Source: an uncultured virus (IMG/VR IMGVR_UViG_3300000304_000038)
Lineage: Duplodnaviria; Heunggongvirae; Uroviricota; Caudoviricetes
Reading direction: 5' to 3' (one strand)
Length of the DNA: 64,000 nt
IMG/VR virus record: IMGVR_UViG_3300000304_000038
Part shown: positions 10,849-21,396 of the stretch, piece by piece
How positions within the stretch are numbered: the stretch's first letter is position 1
Layout of the letters: every line of letters starts with the position of its first letter
Position numbers and translations under genes: made by a program
Notes under the pieces: generated by a model
What the model saw: only the letters and a program-made list of their open reading frames with translations
Databases searched by the model: none
Told to the model about the DNA's origin: nothing

Positions 10849-13603
10849 TACACTATATCCTCCTCAATTCCCTAGCACATTTGCTCCGGCTTTCCCAACG
10901 ACCGCAAGCCCAAGAATATACTTCTCCATCTCTGAGTATAACAGCTCTAATGATATCAGAAGAGTCCATGTTTCCATAGTCAACCAATCCAATAGTGAGA
11001 GTGCGGTCAACAATTCGACAGGTATTCTCTTCAAGGATTTGAACTATGACACAGAAGAAGGAATGTACTATGTTGATATCTCGGTGACAGAGATTCGTTC
11101 GACCAAGACAGAGAACACCTTAGACTCTACTGGACACGTTATTACGACAGTAGATACGACAAGCGGTTGGAACTATAATCAATACTATAAACTACAACTT
11201 AGATTCGACAACAATGAGGATAATGTAGTCAATAATAGTGATTATTTCGTTACCTATTTGGAGAATTTCTCTGAATGGTCTCAGGTTCTTCTTTTGCGGC
11301 CAATCGTTCAACCAGAGATTCTTATTCGCCCATTTGACTTGGCTGAGGATTCTTCGCATGTATTGGCAGTGAACAAGGGCATCTTGCATCTCTCTGGACT
11401 CCTCCAGTTTGGCGATGGCCGCACCGGAGAGACAGAGACTATGCAAAATTACAAGGTAGAGATATTGAATACAAACAGTGATACGGTACTCTATTCTTCG
11501 GATACTATCTATACCAACAACAGCGTTGACCCAAATGCCATTGACTATCTTTTGGATTTGGCCGGATTGGATACCACTGAGACGAATACGTTCAGGGTTC
11601 GTGTCACTATTACCACCAAAAATAACTATACAACCTACAAAGACTATGAGTTTGCTATTGCGGACTATGTTACGGAAGATGCTTTCAGTCCTACAGTTAC
11701 GGTTGATGTGGATAAGGAGAATGGCATTGCTACCTTGCATATAGAGAATGCTCAGACAGTGTTTGGCACTCTATATGTGCGGCGTTCCTCTAGCATATCC
11801 AACTTCAAAGAGTGGGAGGCGCTGAGAGAGCAGACTGTCGCCGGACCAATAGATTTGGATATCGTGGACAATACCGTTGGCAGTGGCATATGGTATAGAT
11901 ATTATTGTCAGCTAGAAAACACTGTTGGTGGGCTTACCAGACTCTATTACTCTGACAAGTTTTTCCCAGACTTCTATGATGCTATCTTTTCTCGTGAGGA
12001 CAGACAGATAGCTGTTCGATTCAACTATAATATATCAAATATGAAGCCAGTGGTCAACAGACAAAAGATTGACACTCTTGGCGGACGCTATCCAAAGTTT
12101 GCGGAAAACGCGGCCATGAACTACAAGCAGTTCTCTATCTCCGGTCTTATCTCCACCCAAGAGGATGAAAATGAGATGTTCTTGGGTAAAGAAGATTACT
12201 TTGGGGACGAATACGATAACTATACCATCTATGAAGAGGGTGAGTATCGTGACCAATATACCATAGAGAATTACAATTATTTCTGGGAGAGAGGTTTCAG
12301 GGAAGAGCTGGTCAAGTGGCTCAACGATGGCGAACCAAAGCTATATAGGTCTATGACTGAGGGGCTTATGGCGGTAATGCTCACAGACATAAGTCTCACT
12401 CCGAACAAGACCCTGAGCCGCAGACTATACGATTTTTCCGCGACTGTGTATGAGATTGCCGATGGTAACTCTCTAGAAAGTCTAAATACTCTTGGGATAT
12501 ACAAGACAGTTACTCTAGACAATCAGACAGGTGGTAGCGGTGGCGGGACTGGACCCGACCCAAAGCCAGAATATGTGGATGTTGCGATTCCGGGTCAGCT
12601 TTATGAGGAGTCCATCTCTAATATCGTTTCGGGTAGGGTTGATATCGTGTCCAACGTTATCCTATCTAGACTCCAAGAGAAATACAGTGGGGTCAGGGAG
12701 GATAAGATGCCGCGAGACCTTTATATCAGATATGTGAAGATTCAATTCCTCAACAAGCCGCATCTCTTCTTACAGAACAACAGCGGTATCTATCTGGTTG
12801 ATGACCCCAATTCCTATAGTGAATCAGACAGACAGAAGATGCAGTCGGGATATACCTTCGAGGTGAACAATCAAAGCACCAATCCCAACTCTAGTTCCAT
12901 CTTCTTTGTGAACAGAAAAGGATATTATGCGATACCGGATAATATCGATGTGACTTCTCTCTTCTTCCCGCAAACAGACGATGTTGTTCTCTTGGAATAT
13001 GTTGCGTTCTACAAGGAGGCAAATAACTCTAGCACGCAGGTTTCTACGACTACCGTTGAGAGAACCGTGGTAGGCCAAGAGAGAGGGGTATTTGCGGCGG
13101 GAGACTATCTCGGAGAGAAGATTCGAAAGAAGTATAGCTATGTCGTTCCGGGTTCCTTTTATCAACAGATGCAAAGATGGAAGGGAATATGTCTTGATGT
13201 CACGCCTTTTGCGGTTGCCAATATTCTCTACGATGGAGAGACCGAATATGTTCAGGCTGTCGTTGGTATGACAGGAGTCTTACATCTCTTGGAGAACTGC
13301 GTTGTTCAAGATTTGTACTTCTCCGGTCGTAGAATGAATAAGATAGATATTTCTAACCTACCTTATGCCAAAGACTATGAGTTTGCGGTCGATGATGGCT
13401 CTTATGATAACGTGTCTGATATCATAAATCCGCAGATTCAGATGGTCTATAAGGTAAGAGACAAGTATTATATCTATTATAATGATTACAGTTTTTACGA
13501 ATTCACCTTTGAGGAGAGTTCTACGACAACTGGAATCGCCGCAGTGAACATCGAGGGTGATATCAACTACTATGGAGACATTCAAAGATTTACCTATGCT
13601 TAG
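10829..13603 (+). CDS. Tail/baseplate structural protein
   Basis: 924 aa, GGAGGA RBS, in the tail operon; 'DTLGGRYPKF..N....YKQFSISGLIS' segment. Confidence 0.65.
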   Translation: MSINQISTLYPPQFPSTFAPAFPTTASPRIYFSISEYNSSNDIRRVHVSIVNQSNSESAVNNSTGILFKDLNYDTEEGMYYVDISVTEIRSTKTENTLDSTGHVITTVDTTSGWNYNQYYKLQLRFDNNEDNVVNNSDYFVTYLENFSEWSQVLLLRPIVQPEILIRPFDLAEDSSHVLAVNKGILHLSGLLQFGDGRTGETETMQNYKVEILNTNSDTVLYSSDTIYTNNSVDPNAIDYLLDLAGLDTTETNTFRVRVTITTKNNYTTYKDYEFAIADYVTEDAFSPTVTVDVDKENGIATLHIENAQTVFGTLYVRRSSSISNFKEWEALREQTVAGPIDLDIVDNTVGSGIWYRYYCQLENTVGGLTRLYYSDKFFPDFYDAIFSREDRQIAVRFNYNISNMKPVVNRQKIDTLGGRYPKFAENAAMNYKQFSISGLISTQEDENEMFLGKEDYFGDEYDNYTIYEEGEYRDQYTIENYNYFWERGFREELVKWLNDGEPKLYRSMTEGLMAVMLTDISLTPNKTLSRRLYDFSATVYEIADGNSLESLNTLGIYKTVTLDNQTGGSGGGTGPDPKPEYVDVAIPGQLYEESISNIVSGRVDIVSNVILSRLQEKYSGVREDKMPRDLYIRYVKIQFLNKPHLFLQNNSGIYLVDDPNSYSESDRQKMQSGYTFEVNNQSTNPNSSSIFFVNRKGYYAIPDNIDVTSLFFPQTDDVVLLEYVAFYKEANNSSTQVSTTTVERTVVGQERGVFAAGDYLGEKIRKKYSYVVPGSFYQQMQRWKGICLDVTPFAVANILYDGETEYVQAVVGMTGVLHLLENCVVQDLYFSGRRMNKIDISNLPYAKDYEFAVDDGSYDNVSDIINPQIQMVYKVRDKYYIYYNDYSFYEFTFEESSTTTGIAAVNIEGDINYYGDIQRFTYA

Positions 13604-13615
13604 AAAGGAGGCTCT

Positions 13616-15703
13616 ATGCGCAAGACCTATCCATATCTCAATGATGGCTACGAAACTGTAAACGAGCAGATAGTCCGCAGAGAGTTTCTTTCTAAGATTG
13701 ATAATTTTGTGAATCAAAAGCGCTATGTGAAAATGACGCTTCTAAACTGGCAGGAGGAGCCGTTGAAGGAAATCGAGGGAGACATTTCCTCTGGTACCAT
13801 GACCTTGGACGGCTCCTCTTCCGTTCGCCGCACATGCAATCTTACGGCAGCGGTCGATGCCGGTTCCTATGATGTGGAAGATGCGGAGATGGATTTTTCC
13901 ATAGACAAGAAGATATTCATAGAGGTTGGCATAAAGAACTATACTGATGAATATCCCGATTATCCTATCCTGTGGTTTCCGCAAGGAGTTTTCTTTATCA
14001 GGGACTTTGGATGCAACTCTAGCACATCTTCTGCTTTGAATATTTCTCTTACATTGATAGATAAGATGGCACAATTGAATGGAACCGTTGGCGGAACTCT
14101 ACCCGCCTCCACTATCTTTGATACTGAGGTCACTCAGTTAGAGACAGGAGAGAGCGCAGAGATAAAAGTTCCAATATATAGAATCATCCAAGAGAGTGTG
14201 AATCACTTCGGTTGTGAGGATTTGAACAATATCGTCATAGAAGGAGTTGACAAGAGAATCAAGCGTATCGTCCAATGGACGGGAGATACGCCACTGTATC
14301 TTGTCTCGAATGGTGGGTCCGCGGAGACAGGTACTCTTACCTATGTGCCGCAAATAGAGAAGCCTGAGAGCGGCACATATCTTCAAATAAGCAACGGACA
14401 AGATGCGGGATATGTCTATGACGATTTCACCTATCCGGGTGAGCTTGTCTTGAATGCTGGTGAGACAGTTTGCTCTCTCTTGGATAAGATAAAATCTTTG
14501 CTCGGAAACTATGAATATTTTTATGATGTATTTGGTGTGTTCCATTTCCAAGAGATAAAGAACTATCTCAACACCACTCATGCAACGACTCTCTTGGAGG
14601 ATATGGACGAGAAGAGCTATCTCTTAGACAGAGCTGTACCGAAGAGCGTCTATACGTTTACAGACAACAGCAATCTGATATCTCTCAACTCGACCCCGCA
14701 ATATGGAAACATAAAGAACGATTATGTTGTTCAGGGTTTGCGGAAAATGACCAACAGTGACATAAGCTATCCCATTCGCTATCATCTTGCGATTGACAAG
14801 AAGCCTGAGATAGGCAAGCGTTATACTAATCTACTAGTATATAAGGAACTAGAGACTGAGAGTCAGCTTATGATAGTCCCTATCGTAGTATCCGAGCTTC
14901 CTGAGATAGGAGAGTTCAACAGCATATATAAGACAGCGGACAAAGCATATGTGTGGGATGATCAGACTTGGAAAGAGGTTGAGATTGTAGCCTATTTCGA
15001 CAACATGAATCCTTATATCGTCAAGGATTGGCGTACACAGCTCTATATCGAGGGTTTGATTGCGGAGCGCTTGGGGACTAGTCGCAATTACTATTTCCAA
15101 GAGCTAAAGGCATCTTGGCCGCTGATATACAACGTGGCAGAACAGAGATTCTGGGGCGAGGAAGAGGATGAACCGCTACAGGTGGCTGCTCTATGTAGCG
15201 GCAATTTCTATCTTGACTTCATAGACTCTTCTGGCCCCCTTGGAAAGTACAGTGTGAGCGCTATTGGACGTAGAACAGATGCGGTCGTAGACGAGGACGT
15301 AAACTGTCTCTTTGAGCCGGAGATTCCAAACATTGTTTTCTTGAATCTTGACTTAGCTGATTCTGACCCCGAGGAGTTTGAGAAGCTGAGAGACGAATGT
15401 ATGGACTCTGGACAGCCATATGCTCAGACACGAGGGGACATCTTCAATGCTTTTATGACGGGCGGCTATCATAACAGCGCATATGATAGAATCTGTCTTG
15501 AGCTGTACAATCATACGAATTATCAGAAGACCGTATCAATGACCGCATTGCCGATATACTATCTAGAACCTAACTCTAGGGTATATGTCAATGACCATGT
15601 TACTAATACCGTAGGAGACTATATGATACAGAACATGTCAATTCCATATGCGGTTGGGTCTGTCATGTCCGTTACGGCCTCTGAATGCACTATCAAGCGT
15701 TAG
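13616..15703 (+). CDS. Tail/baseplate hub-like protein
   Basis: 695 aa, AAGGAGG RBS; N-terminal 'G...LDGSSSVRRTCNLT' and C-terminal 'PIYYLEPNSRVYV' resemble phage hub proteins. Confidence 0.65.
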   Translation: MRKTYPYLNDGYETVNEQIVRREFLSKIDNFVNQKRYVKMTLLNWQEEPLKEIEGDISSGTMTLDGSSSVRRTCNLTAAVDAGSYDVEDAEMDFSIDKKIFIEVGIKNYTDEYPDYPILWFPQGVFFIRDFGCNSSTSSALNISLTLIDKMAQLNGTVGGTLPASTIFDTEVTQLETGESAEIKVPIYRIIQESVNHFGCEDLNNIVIEGVDKRIKRIVQWTGDTPLYLVSNGGSAETGTLTYVPQIEKPESGTYLQISNGQDAGYVYDDFTYPGELVLNAGETVCSLLDKIKSLLGNYEYFYDVFGVFHFQEIKNYLNTTHATTLLEDMDEKSYLLDRAVPKSVYTFTDNSNLISLNSTPQYGNIKNDYVVQGLRKMTNSDISYPIRYHLAIDKKPEIGKRYTNLLVYKELETESQLMIVPIVVSELPEIGEFNSIYKTADKAYVWDDQTWKEVEIVAYFDNMNPYIVKDWRTQLYIEGLIAERLGTSRNYYFQELKASWPLIYNVAEQRFWGEEEDEPLQVAALCSGNFYLDFIDSSGPLGKYSVSAIGRRTDAVVDEDVNCLFEPEIPNIVFLNLDLADSDPEEFEKLRDECMDSGQPYAQTRGDIFNAFMTGGYHNSAYDRICLELYNHTNYQKTVSMTALPIYYLEPNSRVYVNDHVTNTVGDYMIQNMSIPYAVGSVMSVTASECTIKR

Positions 15704-15710
15704 CTTTCTA

Positions 15711-15748
15711 TTGGGCAGGACTTAGTTTCAGTCTTGCCCAATTTTTTA
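15711..15748 (+). terminator. Terminator-like hairpin
   Basis: TTGGGCAGGACT / AGTCTTGCCCAA followed by a T-run. Confidence 0.7.
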
Positions 15749-15793
15749 TAATTAGATAGGTATGGAGTTCTAAGGAAAACAGAAGGAGGTCCG

Positions 15794-16735
15794 ATGGCGA
15801 GTATAGGCCAATATCGTTTCAGGGGCACGGGTACTTGTGTCTCTTCGGTTGCCTCTGAGAAGAGTTATCTCAACACAGCAACGGTTGGCGCTGGTGAGAC
15901 CTCAACTTCTTTTCAGGATATACAAATAATTACCAATCAACAACTACAAGCAAATAGAGATTACTATCTCTATGTGAAAATTCCGCAAGATATGAACTAT
16001 GATATGACCTTCAATATCAAGCTCGTGCGGCCTGAGACGGCTGGAAGCGACGAGATGGTATATCAGTTCTTGAAGAGCATCACTGTTCCAAGAGGCGGAA
16101 GTGGTACAAACGTATATAACGTTGCTCTCTACGGAACGGGAGAATATGACGATAGCGGCAACGAGAGAGTCCAAGCGATGATTCCTTTGACTTACGTTGC
16201 CAACCAACAGAACACCAAAGGTGCTCTCTATATGGATGCCAATGGAAACTATTATGTTGGCAACGGTAACAATACCTATACGCCTACGACTCATGTGAAT
16301 GATATCTCAATGTCCGCAAGTTGGATTCACAAGACTGGTACGAACTTTGGGTATGCGGAGCTTGTGTTCAGGCCGGTCGAGACCTCGTTCTCCCAGATTG
16401 TCATTGAGATGGTCAGAACGGCTGAGGACTACAACATTCAGCAAGAGATTGGCGGACAGATAGTCTATGGCCGCAGAGTCGATCTTGATGAATTCGATTA
16501 TACTTTGTATAGTCTGACAAACATCGTTGACGAGATAAACCAAGATGGCTCGCTCAATAGCATTGGCGTATGGGGCCATAGCGGGCTTCTCATGGCAGTG
16601 AATGGAGAGGAGATTAGGATTGGAGCTTCTGGCTATTATGAGCTTCTAGATATTATTCCTATCACTTCTCTTGGAATAGTCGCAATTGACTATAATGATA
16701 ACTTTAGTGTCGATTATTCATATGATAAGGTATAG
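15794..16735 (+). CDS. Virion structural protein (baseplate region)
   Basis: 313 aa, AAGGAGG RBS, beta-rich. Confidence 0.6.
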   Translation: MASIGQYRFRGTGTCVSSVASEKSYLNTATVGAGETSTSFQDIQIITNQQLQANRDYYLYVKIPQDMNYDMTFNIKLVRPETAGSDEMVYQFLKSITVPRGGSGTNVYNVALYGTGEYDDSGNERVQAMIPLTYVANQQNTKGALYMDANGNYYVGNGNNTYTPTTHVNDISMSASWIHKTGTNFGYAELVFRPVETSFSQIVIEMVRTAEDYNIQQEIGGQIVYGRRVDLDEFDYTLYSLTNIVDEINQDGSLNSIGVWGHSGLLMAVNGEEIRIGASGYYELLDIIPITSLGIVAIDYNDNFSVDYSYDKV

Positions 16736-16749
16736 GGAGAGGAGGAAAA

Positions 16750-18969
16750 ATGAGTCTTGATAGCTTCTATGGCGGTCACGCGGGCCTGAGCTTTATTTTG
16801 CAGGACAGTTTTGCGAGTGTGGCTGATGCTATCGCTGCTTGCAAGAGAGGCACGGAATATACTCAGACTTGGTATGGCGAGTATCTTATCATTGATACAG
16901 AGAACATCAATGATTTGGATAATGGTAAGATATATAGACGTGGATTGAACTACACCAACAGCATGGGCGGACTCGAATATGTTGCCCAGATAGTTGGTCC
17001 ATCTAGCGGCACTCCTTTCTTCAATATAAATACCTTGGACGAGGTACAGAGAATTGCTGACCTCGACTATGCTGATGATACTGTTCTTCGATATCCGATA
17101 GAGTATAAGGAGGATGCTGAAGGACATGTCATTGGTTATGTTATGAACGACGAGAAAGAGGGCGATCCAGCCGTCTTTCCTATCTCTACCGCTAGAGATA
17201 CCTCGCTCGTCCCCGGAAAGACCGATACTGGTTCTTTCAATGACGAGATTCTAATGACTTGGATAAACGTCCGCACGAACGACAAAGACAAGGATTCTTA
17301 TTTCTACGCGGGCGTACAGATTCCATATCTGGTGTCTGAGTATACGTCTCATATGGTGTCTCCCTATGATTCTAGCGGTAACCTAAACGAGAACCCAATG
17401 ACCGCAACCAGAACGGATGATAAGTCACATCCGTTCTTTATGAGTTGGGACTTTGGTCTGCCAAAGGGTATCAAAGGCGACACGCTCAGAAATCTCAGAG
17501 TCATTACTCCTACAGTTGGAGATACCATCTATGACCCGGCGAACATCACGATAAACGGCCAGACTGGCGAGGTGACTCTCGGTGCGGCTGGATATACCGG
17601 TCAGCAAGATGATATCACCAATGGCCGCAAGATTCTAGTCTATGACCTCTATTGGTATGACCAAGAGCTGGTTCCTGACCCCGTGATGGTATATCTCGGA
17701 GATTTCAACAAGATTGACAACATTACCATTGCGGATGATGGTACCGTCACGATTGACTATAGTCACGACAATAACACGGTATTTAGCCGCAGAATCAAGT
17801 GGATAAACAGCGTCACGCTATCTCCTGATACGGGTGTGTTCCAAGTTATATATAACAACGGAGACCCCGCATTTACCACGACTCTTGATTGGATAAAGGA
17901 AATCGTTCTCGATGATGATGGTACGATTCATTATATTCATACTGCGAACAACAGAGACGAATCCTATGCCAACAAGATAAAATGGGTGACTAGCGTTGAT
18001 TTGAACACCGCCAACGGTGTGTTCACTATGAACTTCAACTATGGTGAGCCATTGACCAGAGTTCTTGATTATGTCGATGATGTCGATATTGACGAGACTG
18101 ACGGCACTATTACTATCCACAAGGTAAACAGCGGAAATCAAGAGCTAGATGCGAAGTTGAAGCTGATAACTTCTGCGTCTGCGGCGGCAAATGGTATCGT
18201 TACTTTCTATACCAACACCGGCGAGCAGTTCAATGTCGTAAAGACAGAGAACGGCGAGCAGGATTTCCAAATCAAGATGATTGATAACGTGCGGCTTCAG
18301 ACGAGACTTGCGGATGATAAACACATTCAAATCAAGTATAATACCGCAAACGAGTATGCAAACATCGGAGACCCAATCAACTACGTTCAGGATATGGTTG
18401 TGCGGGATTCTGACTTCCATCTCTTGGTTCTCTTCAATGACCCAGAGCATAGAGTCACCGACGATGATTTGGATGATAATAACAAAGATGCTGAGGGTCA
18501 TACTTGGGTAAATAATGTTATCGGCTCCGATGGTGTGAATACTGGACAGACTATCTATTGGCGAGACTATGGTACTATCAAAGACCAAGCAGGAATTCTC
18601 ATTGGCAAGCAGATTACCGATGAAGATTTGGGCGGCGAGAGCAACGTTCTCGACTATCTCAATAGGGTCTATCCAAACGGTCTGACGGAAGGTGCGACAA
18701 AGCAGAAGATTATCGTCTATACCCCAGAAGACAGCGATCTGAGAGAGTTCTATGCCTTTGACTATGATGCCTACGAGTGGTTCTTCTTGGGCACTCTCTC
18801 CGATTCTGGTATGAGAGACGCTAAGCTTATTATTCAAGGTGGCTTCACTGGAGCAGACTTGGAGAACATCACTACGGATGGTCTTGCCTTCAAGGTTATC
18901 AATTCGACAGGACTAAAGACAACTCCTATTCCCGACTATTGGTCTGTTGACTACAATACTTGGGTATAG
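16750..18969 (+). CDS. Virion structural protein (baseplate/tail)
   Basis: 739 aa, GGAGGA RBS, internal repeats of the 'I.SV.L..D.G.F.I.Y' type. Confidence 0.6.
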   Translation: MSLDSFYGGHAGLSFILQDSFASVADAIAACKRGTEYTQTWYGEYLIIDTENINDLDNGKIYRRGLNYTNSMGGLEYVAQIVGPSSGTPFFNINTLDEVQRIADLDYADDTVLRYPIEYKEDAEGHVIGYVMNDEKEGDPAVFPISTARDTSLVPGKTDTGSFNDEILMTWINVRTNDKDKDSYFYAGVQIPYLVSEYTSHMVSPYDSSGNLNENPMTATRTDDKSHPFFMSWDFGLPKGIKGDTLRNLRVITPTVGDTIYDPANITINGQTGEVTLGAAGYTGQQDDITNGRKILVYDLYWYDQELVPDPVMVYLGDFNKIDNITIADDGTVTIDYSHDNNTVFSRRIKWINSVTLSPDTGVFQVIYNNGDPAFTTTLDWIKEIVLDDDGTIHYIHTANNRDESYANKIKWVTSVDLNTANGVFTMNFNYGEPLTRVLDYVDDVDIDETDGTITIHKVNSGNQELDAKLKLITSASAAANGIVTFYTNTGEQFNVVKTENGEQDFQIKMIDNVRLQTRLADDKHIQIKYNTANEYANIGDPINYVQDMVVRDSDFHLLVLFNDPEHRVTDDDLDDNNKDAEGHTWVNNVIGSDGVNTGQTIYWRDYGTIKDQAGILIGKQITDEDLGGESNVLDYLNRVYPNGLTEGATKQKIIVYTPEDSDLREFYAFDYDAYEWFFLGTLSDSGMRDAKLIIQGGFTGADLENITTDGLAFKVINSTGLKTTPIPDYWSVDYNTWV

Positions 18970-18978
18970 GTGATTCAT

Positions 18979-19278
18979 ATGCAACTTATTCAATATATAG
19001 GGCCGTTTGCGGCGGGAAAGACTTTCAGTCTTCCCGCCCAGATGGGCTATAGATATACTCACATAGGTCTACAGGTACCATATCGTCAACCAATATCTTT
19101 GATAAATTCTGCGGCTTTGCCGATTGATATCTCAATAAATGGGGTACAATATAGAGTGAATGACAAAGACATATTGGAGTTTGATAATATGCGAGAGACC
19201 TCTTTGGAGATAGAGATAGAGGACGATTTGCCTTGGGGGAGTATCATTGATATCGCCCGCGAGGAGCAACAGGACTAA
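18979..19278 (+). CDS. Small structural protein
   Basis: About 100 aa, AGGTGA RBS; resembles the C-terminal domain of 15794-16735. Confidence 0.6.
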   Translation: MQLIQYIGPFAAGKTFSLPAQMGYRYTHIGLQVPYRQPISLINSAALPIDISINGVQYRVNDKDILEFDNMRETSLEIEIEDDLPWGSIIDIAREEQQD

Positions 19279-19293
19279 AAAGGAGGTAATGTA

Positions 19294-20814
19294 ATGCCCA
19301 ACGGCGAAGATAAGAAGAATAACTTTGTCCTGAAAGTTTGGGACAATGTAAAGCAAGAATTCAGACCAAGCTACATTGCCCCCGACGCCACGGATACCGT
19401 TCAGGGAGACGTGAAGCTTTCTGACGCAACAGATAGCATTCTTGATGCGGCGAATGGCATGACCGCCGCGACCCCAAAGGCAGTAAAGACGGTACAGGAA
19501 AATGCCAACAACAAGCTTGACAAGGTAAGTGGTGCTGACCAGACGGTTGCTTCCAAAGTGACTTTCAATGAGTCTCTCACTCTTCAAAAGGGTGCCACCA
19601 TTCCAACTGGACAATTTCTTGCTGGAAACGTAAATGGCAACGCAACAACAGCTACCACTCTACAGACGGCTAGAACGATTGCCGTCAAGAATGGCAATGC
19701 GACTCAGGGAAGTGCTAGTTTCAATGGTGCGGCTAATATCACAATCAATGTGCCGCAAATCGATGCCACCACTTTGACTGGTCTTGTTCCTATGGCATCG
19801 ATTCCGCAGGGAGCTATGGAAAGGCTCGTCAAGGTACAGAACGAGGATGCTCGTTTCGCACTCACGGCAGAAGAGGTTCAGCTTGGTGACTCTGTTTTAC
19901 AGCTCGATACACAGGTCATGTATGTGGTTGTTGACACTAACGAGCTTGATAACGCGGCGGGATACCAAGAGTACAAGGCTGGTACCGCTGTTCTTGCCGA
20001 TACCGCCGAGAGAGTCGAGAACGCTCTGACGGTTCAGAAGAACGGTGTGACGCAGTTTACTTATGACGGTTCGGCCGCACAAACAATCAACATCGCTTCT
20101 AGCTTTGCGGACTTGTCTGGACAGATTGCCGCCGACCAGATTCCTGATGGTATTATAACAGATACAAAGTTGGGAGTCAATTACGCTGGTTCTGATACCA
20201 AAGGCGGAGCGGCTACGAGCGCGAACAGACTCTCTGCCGCAAGGACGATTTCTCTGACAGGAATCATCACAGGCAGCGTCGAGTTTGACGGTTCTCAAGA
20301 CGTATCTCTCACTTCCACTCTTGGAAACGGTGTGATTCAGACGAATCATCTTGCCGATGATGCCGTTACCACAGACAAGCTTGGCAACAGCTCGGTCACG
20401 AGTGCTAAGATTGTTGACGGTACCATTACCGGCACGGACATAGCGAATTCTACCATCACTGGTGGTAAGATTGCAACCGATACCATCACCGCAGGAAACA
20501 TCGCCGCAGGAGCCGTTGGAACGAGTGAGATTGCGGCCAACGCAGTGACTTCTGCGAAGATCGCGGCTGGCAATGTTGGCACAACTCAGCTTGCAGATGG
20601 GTCTGTTACTTCNNNNNNNNNNNNNNNNNNNNNNNNNNNNNNNNNNNNNNNNNNNNNNNNNNNNNNNNNNNNNNNNNNNNNNNNNNNNNNNNNNNNNNNN
20701 NNNNNNNNNNNNNGTACCATTGCTCTTGGAGATTTATCTAATACTATTGGTACGGTAGTTGTCTCTAGCTCAGAACCGAGTGACAGTCACGTGTTGCTTT
20801 GGGTGAAACCATAA
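19294..20814 (+). CDS. Tail fibre protein (contains an assembly gap)
   Basis: 'AT..VQGDVKLSDATD.....AATPKAVK' fibre repeat, 'AT.L.TARTI...G...GS..FDGS' repeats, 10-aa 'VT..KIA.G' repeats; ends LWVKP. Confidence 0.85.
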   Translation: MPNGEDKKNNFVLKVWDNVKQEFRPSYIAPDATDTVQGDVKLSDATDSILDAANGMTAATPKAVKTVQENANNKLDKVSGADQTVASKVTFNESLTLQKGATIPTGQFLAGNVNGNATTATTLQTARTIAVKNGNATQGSASFNGAANITINVPQIDATTLTGLVPMASIPQGAMERLVKVQNEDARFALTAEEVQLGDSVLQLDTQVMYVVVDTNELDNAAGYQEYKAGTAVLADTAERVENALTVQKNGVTQFTYDGSAAQTINIASSFADLSGQIAADQIPDGIITDTKLGVNYAGSDTKGGAATSANRLSAARTISLTGIITGSVEFDGSQDVSLTSTLGNGVIQTNHLADDAVTTDKLGNSSVTSAKIVDGTITGTDIANSTITGGKIATDTITAGNIAAGAVGTSEIAANAVTSAKIAAGNVGTTQLADGSVTXXXXXXXXXXXXXXXXXXXXXXXXXXXXXXXXXXXTIALGDLSNTIGTVVVSSSEPSDSHVLLWVKP

Positions 20815-20839
20815 AAGACGGAGATGAAAGGAGAAAGTA

Positions 20840-20942
20840 TTGAACAAATTTGTAATTAGTGACCTTCGTGGGGGGGCAATACCGTGTAGGTAGCCTCAAA
20901 GATAGATTCAATTCACCTTCTCTTGGAGGTGATAGATTATGA
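20840..20942 (+). promoter_or_regulatory. Leader ORF 1 with G7 tract (currently out of frame) and RBS-occluding hairpin
   Basis: AAAGGAG RBS, TTG at 20840. With G7 (20870-20876) it stops at TAG 20891-93; with G6 or G9 it reads to TGA 20940-42, overlapping the ATG of tip 1. TCACCTTC can pair with GGAGGTGA. Confidence 0.6.
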
Positions 20943-21377
20943 TAGACCAACAGAACATGCAGGTCAAGAATGGTTCTACTTGGCATACTATCTGTCCCTT
21001 CCCCGTGGGTTTCATATATCTTGCGGCCACATCGACCAGTCCGGGAATCACTTTTGGTGGAACTTGGGCGGCTCTTTCTAGCGGCTATTTTCTAAGACCT
21101 GCTGGAACTTTTAGTGGTACTGGCGGAGAAGCTACGCATACTTTGACAACTGACGAGATGCCTGCACACTCACATCATGGAGGTAGTTTTGGTAGAACGA
21201 TAAAGGAAGCCTCCTCTTTCGGCGTAGTAAAATCAGAAAGTTTCGCTAATAGGGTTCTAGTCTTTTTAGGTACTAGTTCCCCCGATACTGCTATAAGCAC
21301 CACTATCAACGGGGGGGGCATCTTACAACAATCTGCCGCCTTATCAAAATGTGTTTGGATGGAGAAGAACTGCCTGA
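20939..21377 (+). CDS. Tail-tip/receptor-binding cassette 1 (Gp10_C-like), frameshifted at a G8 tract
   Basis: 'CPFPVGFIY...P...FGGTW...GGEATHTLT.DEMP.HSH'. The conserved ending ASYNNLPPYQNVFGWRRTA* lies in the +1 frame after G8 at 21311-21318. Confidence 0.85.
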
Positions 21378-21396
21378 CAGGAAGTTGGTGGTCTAG

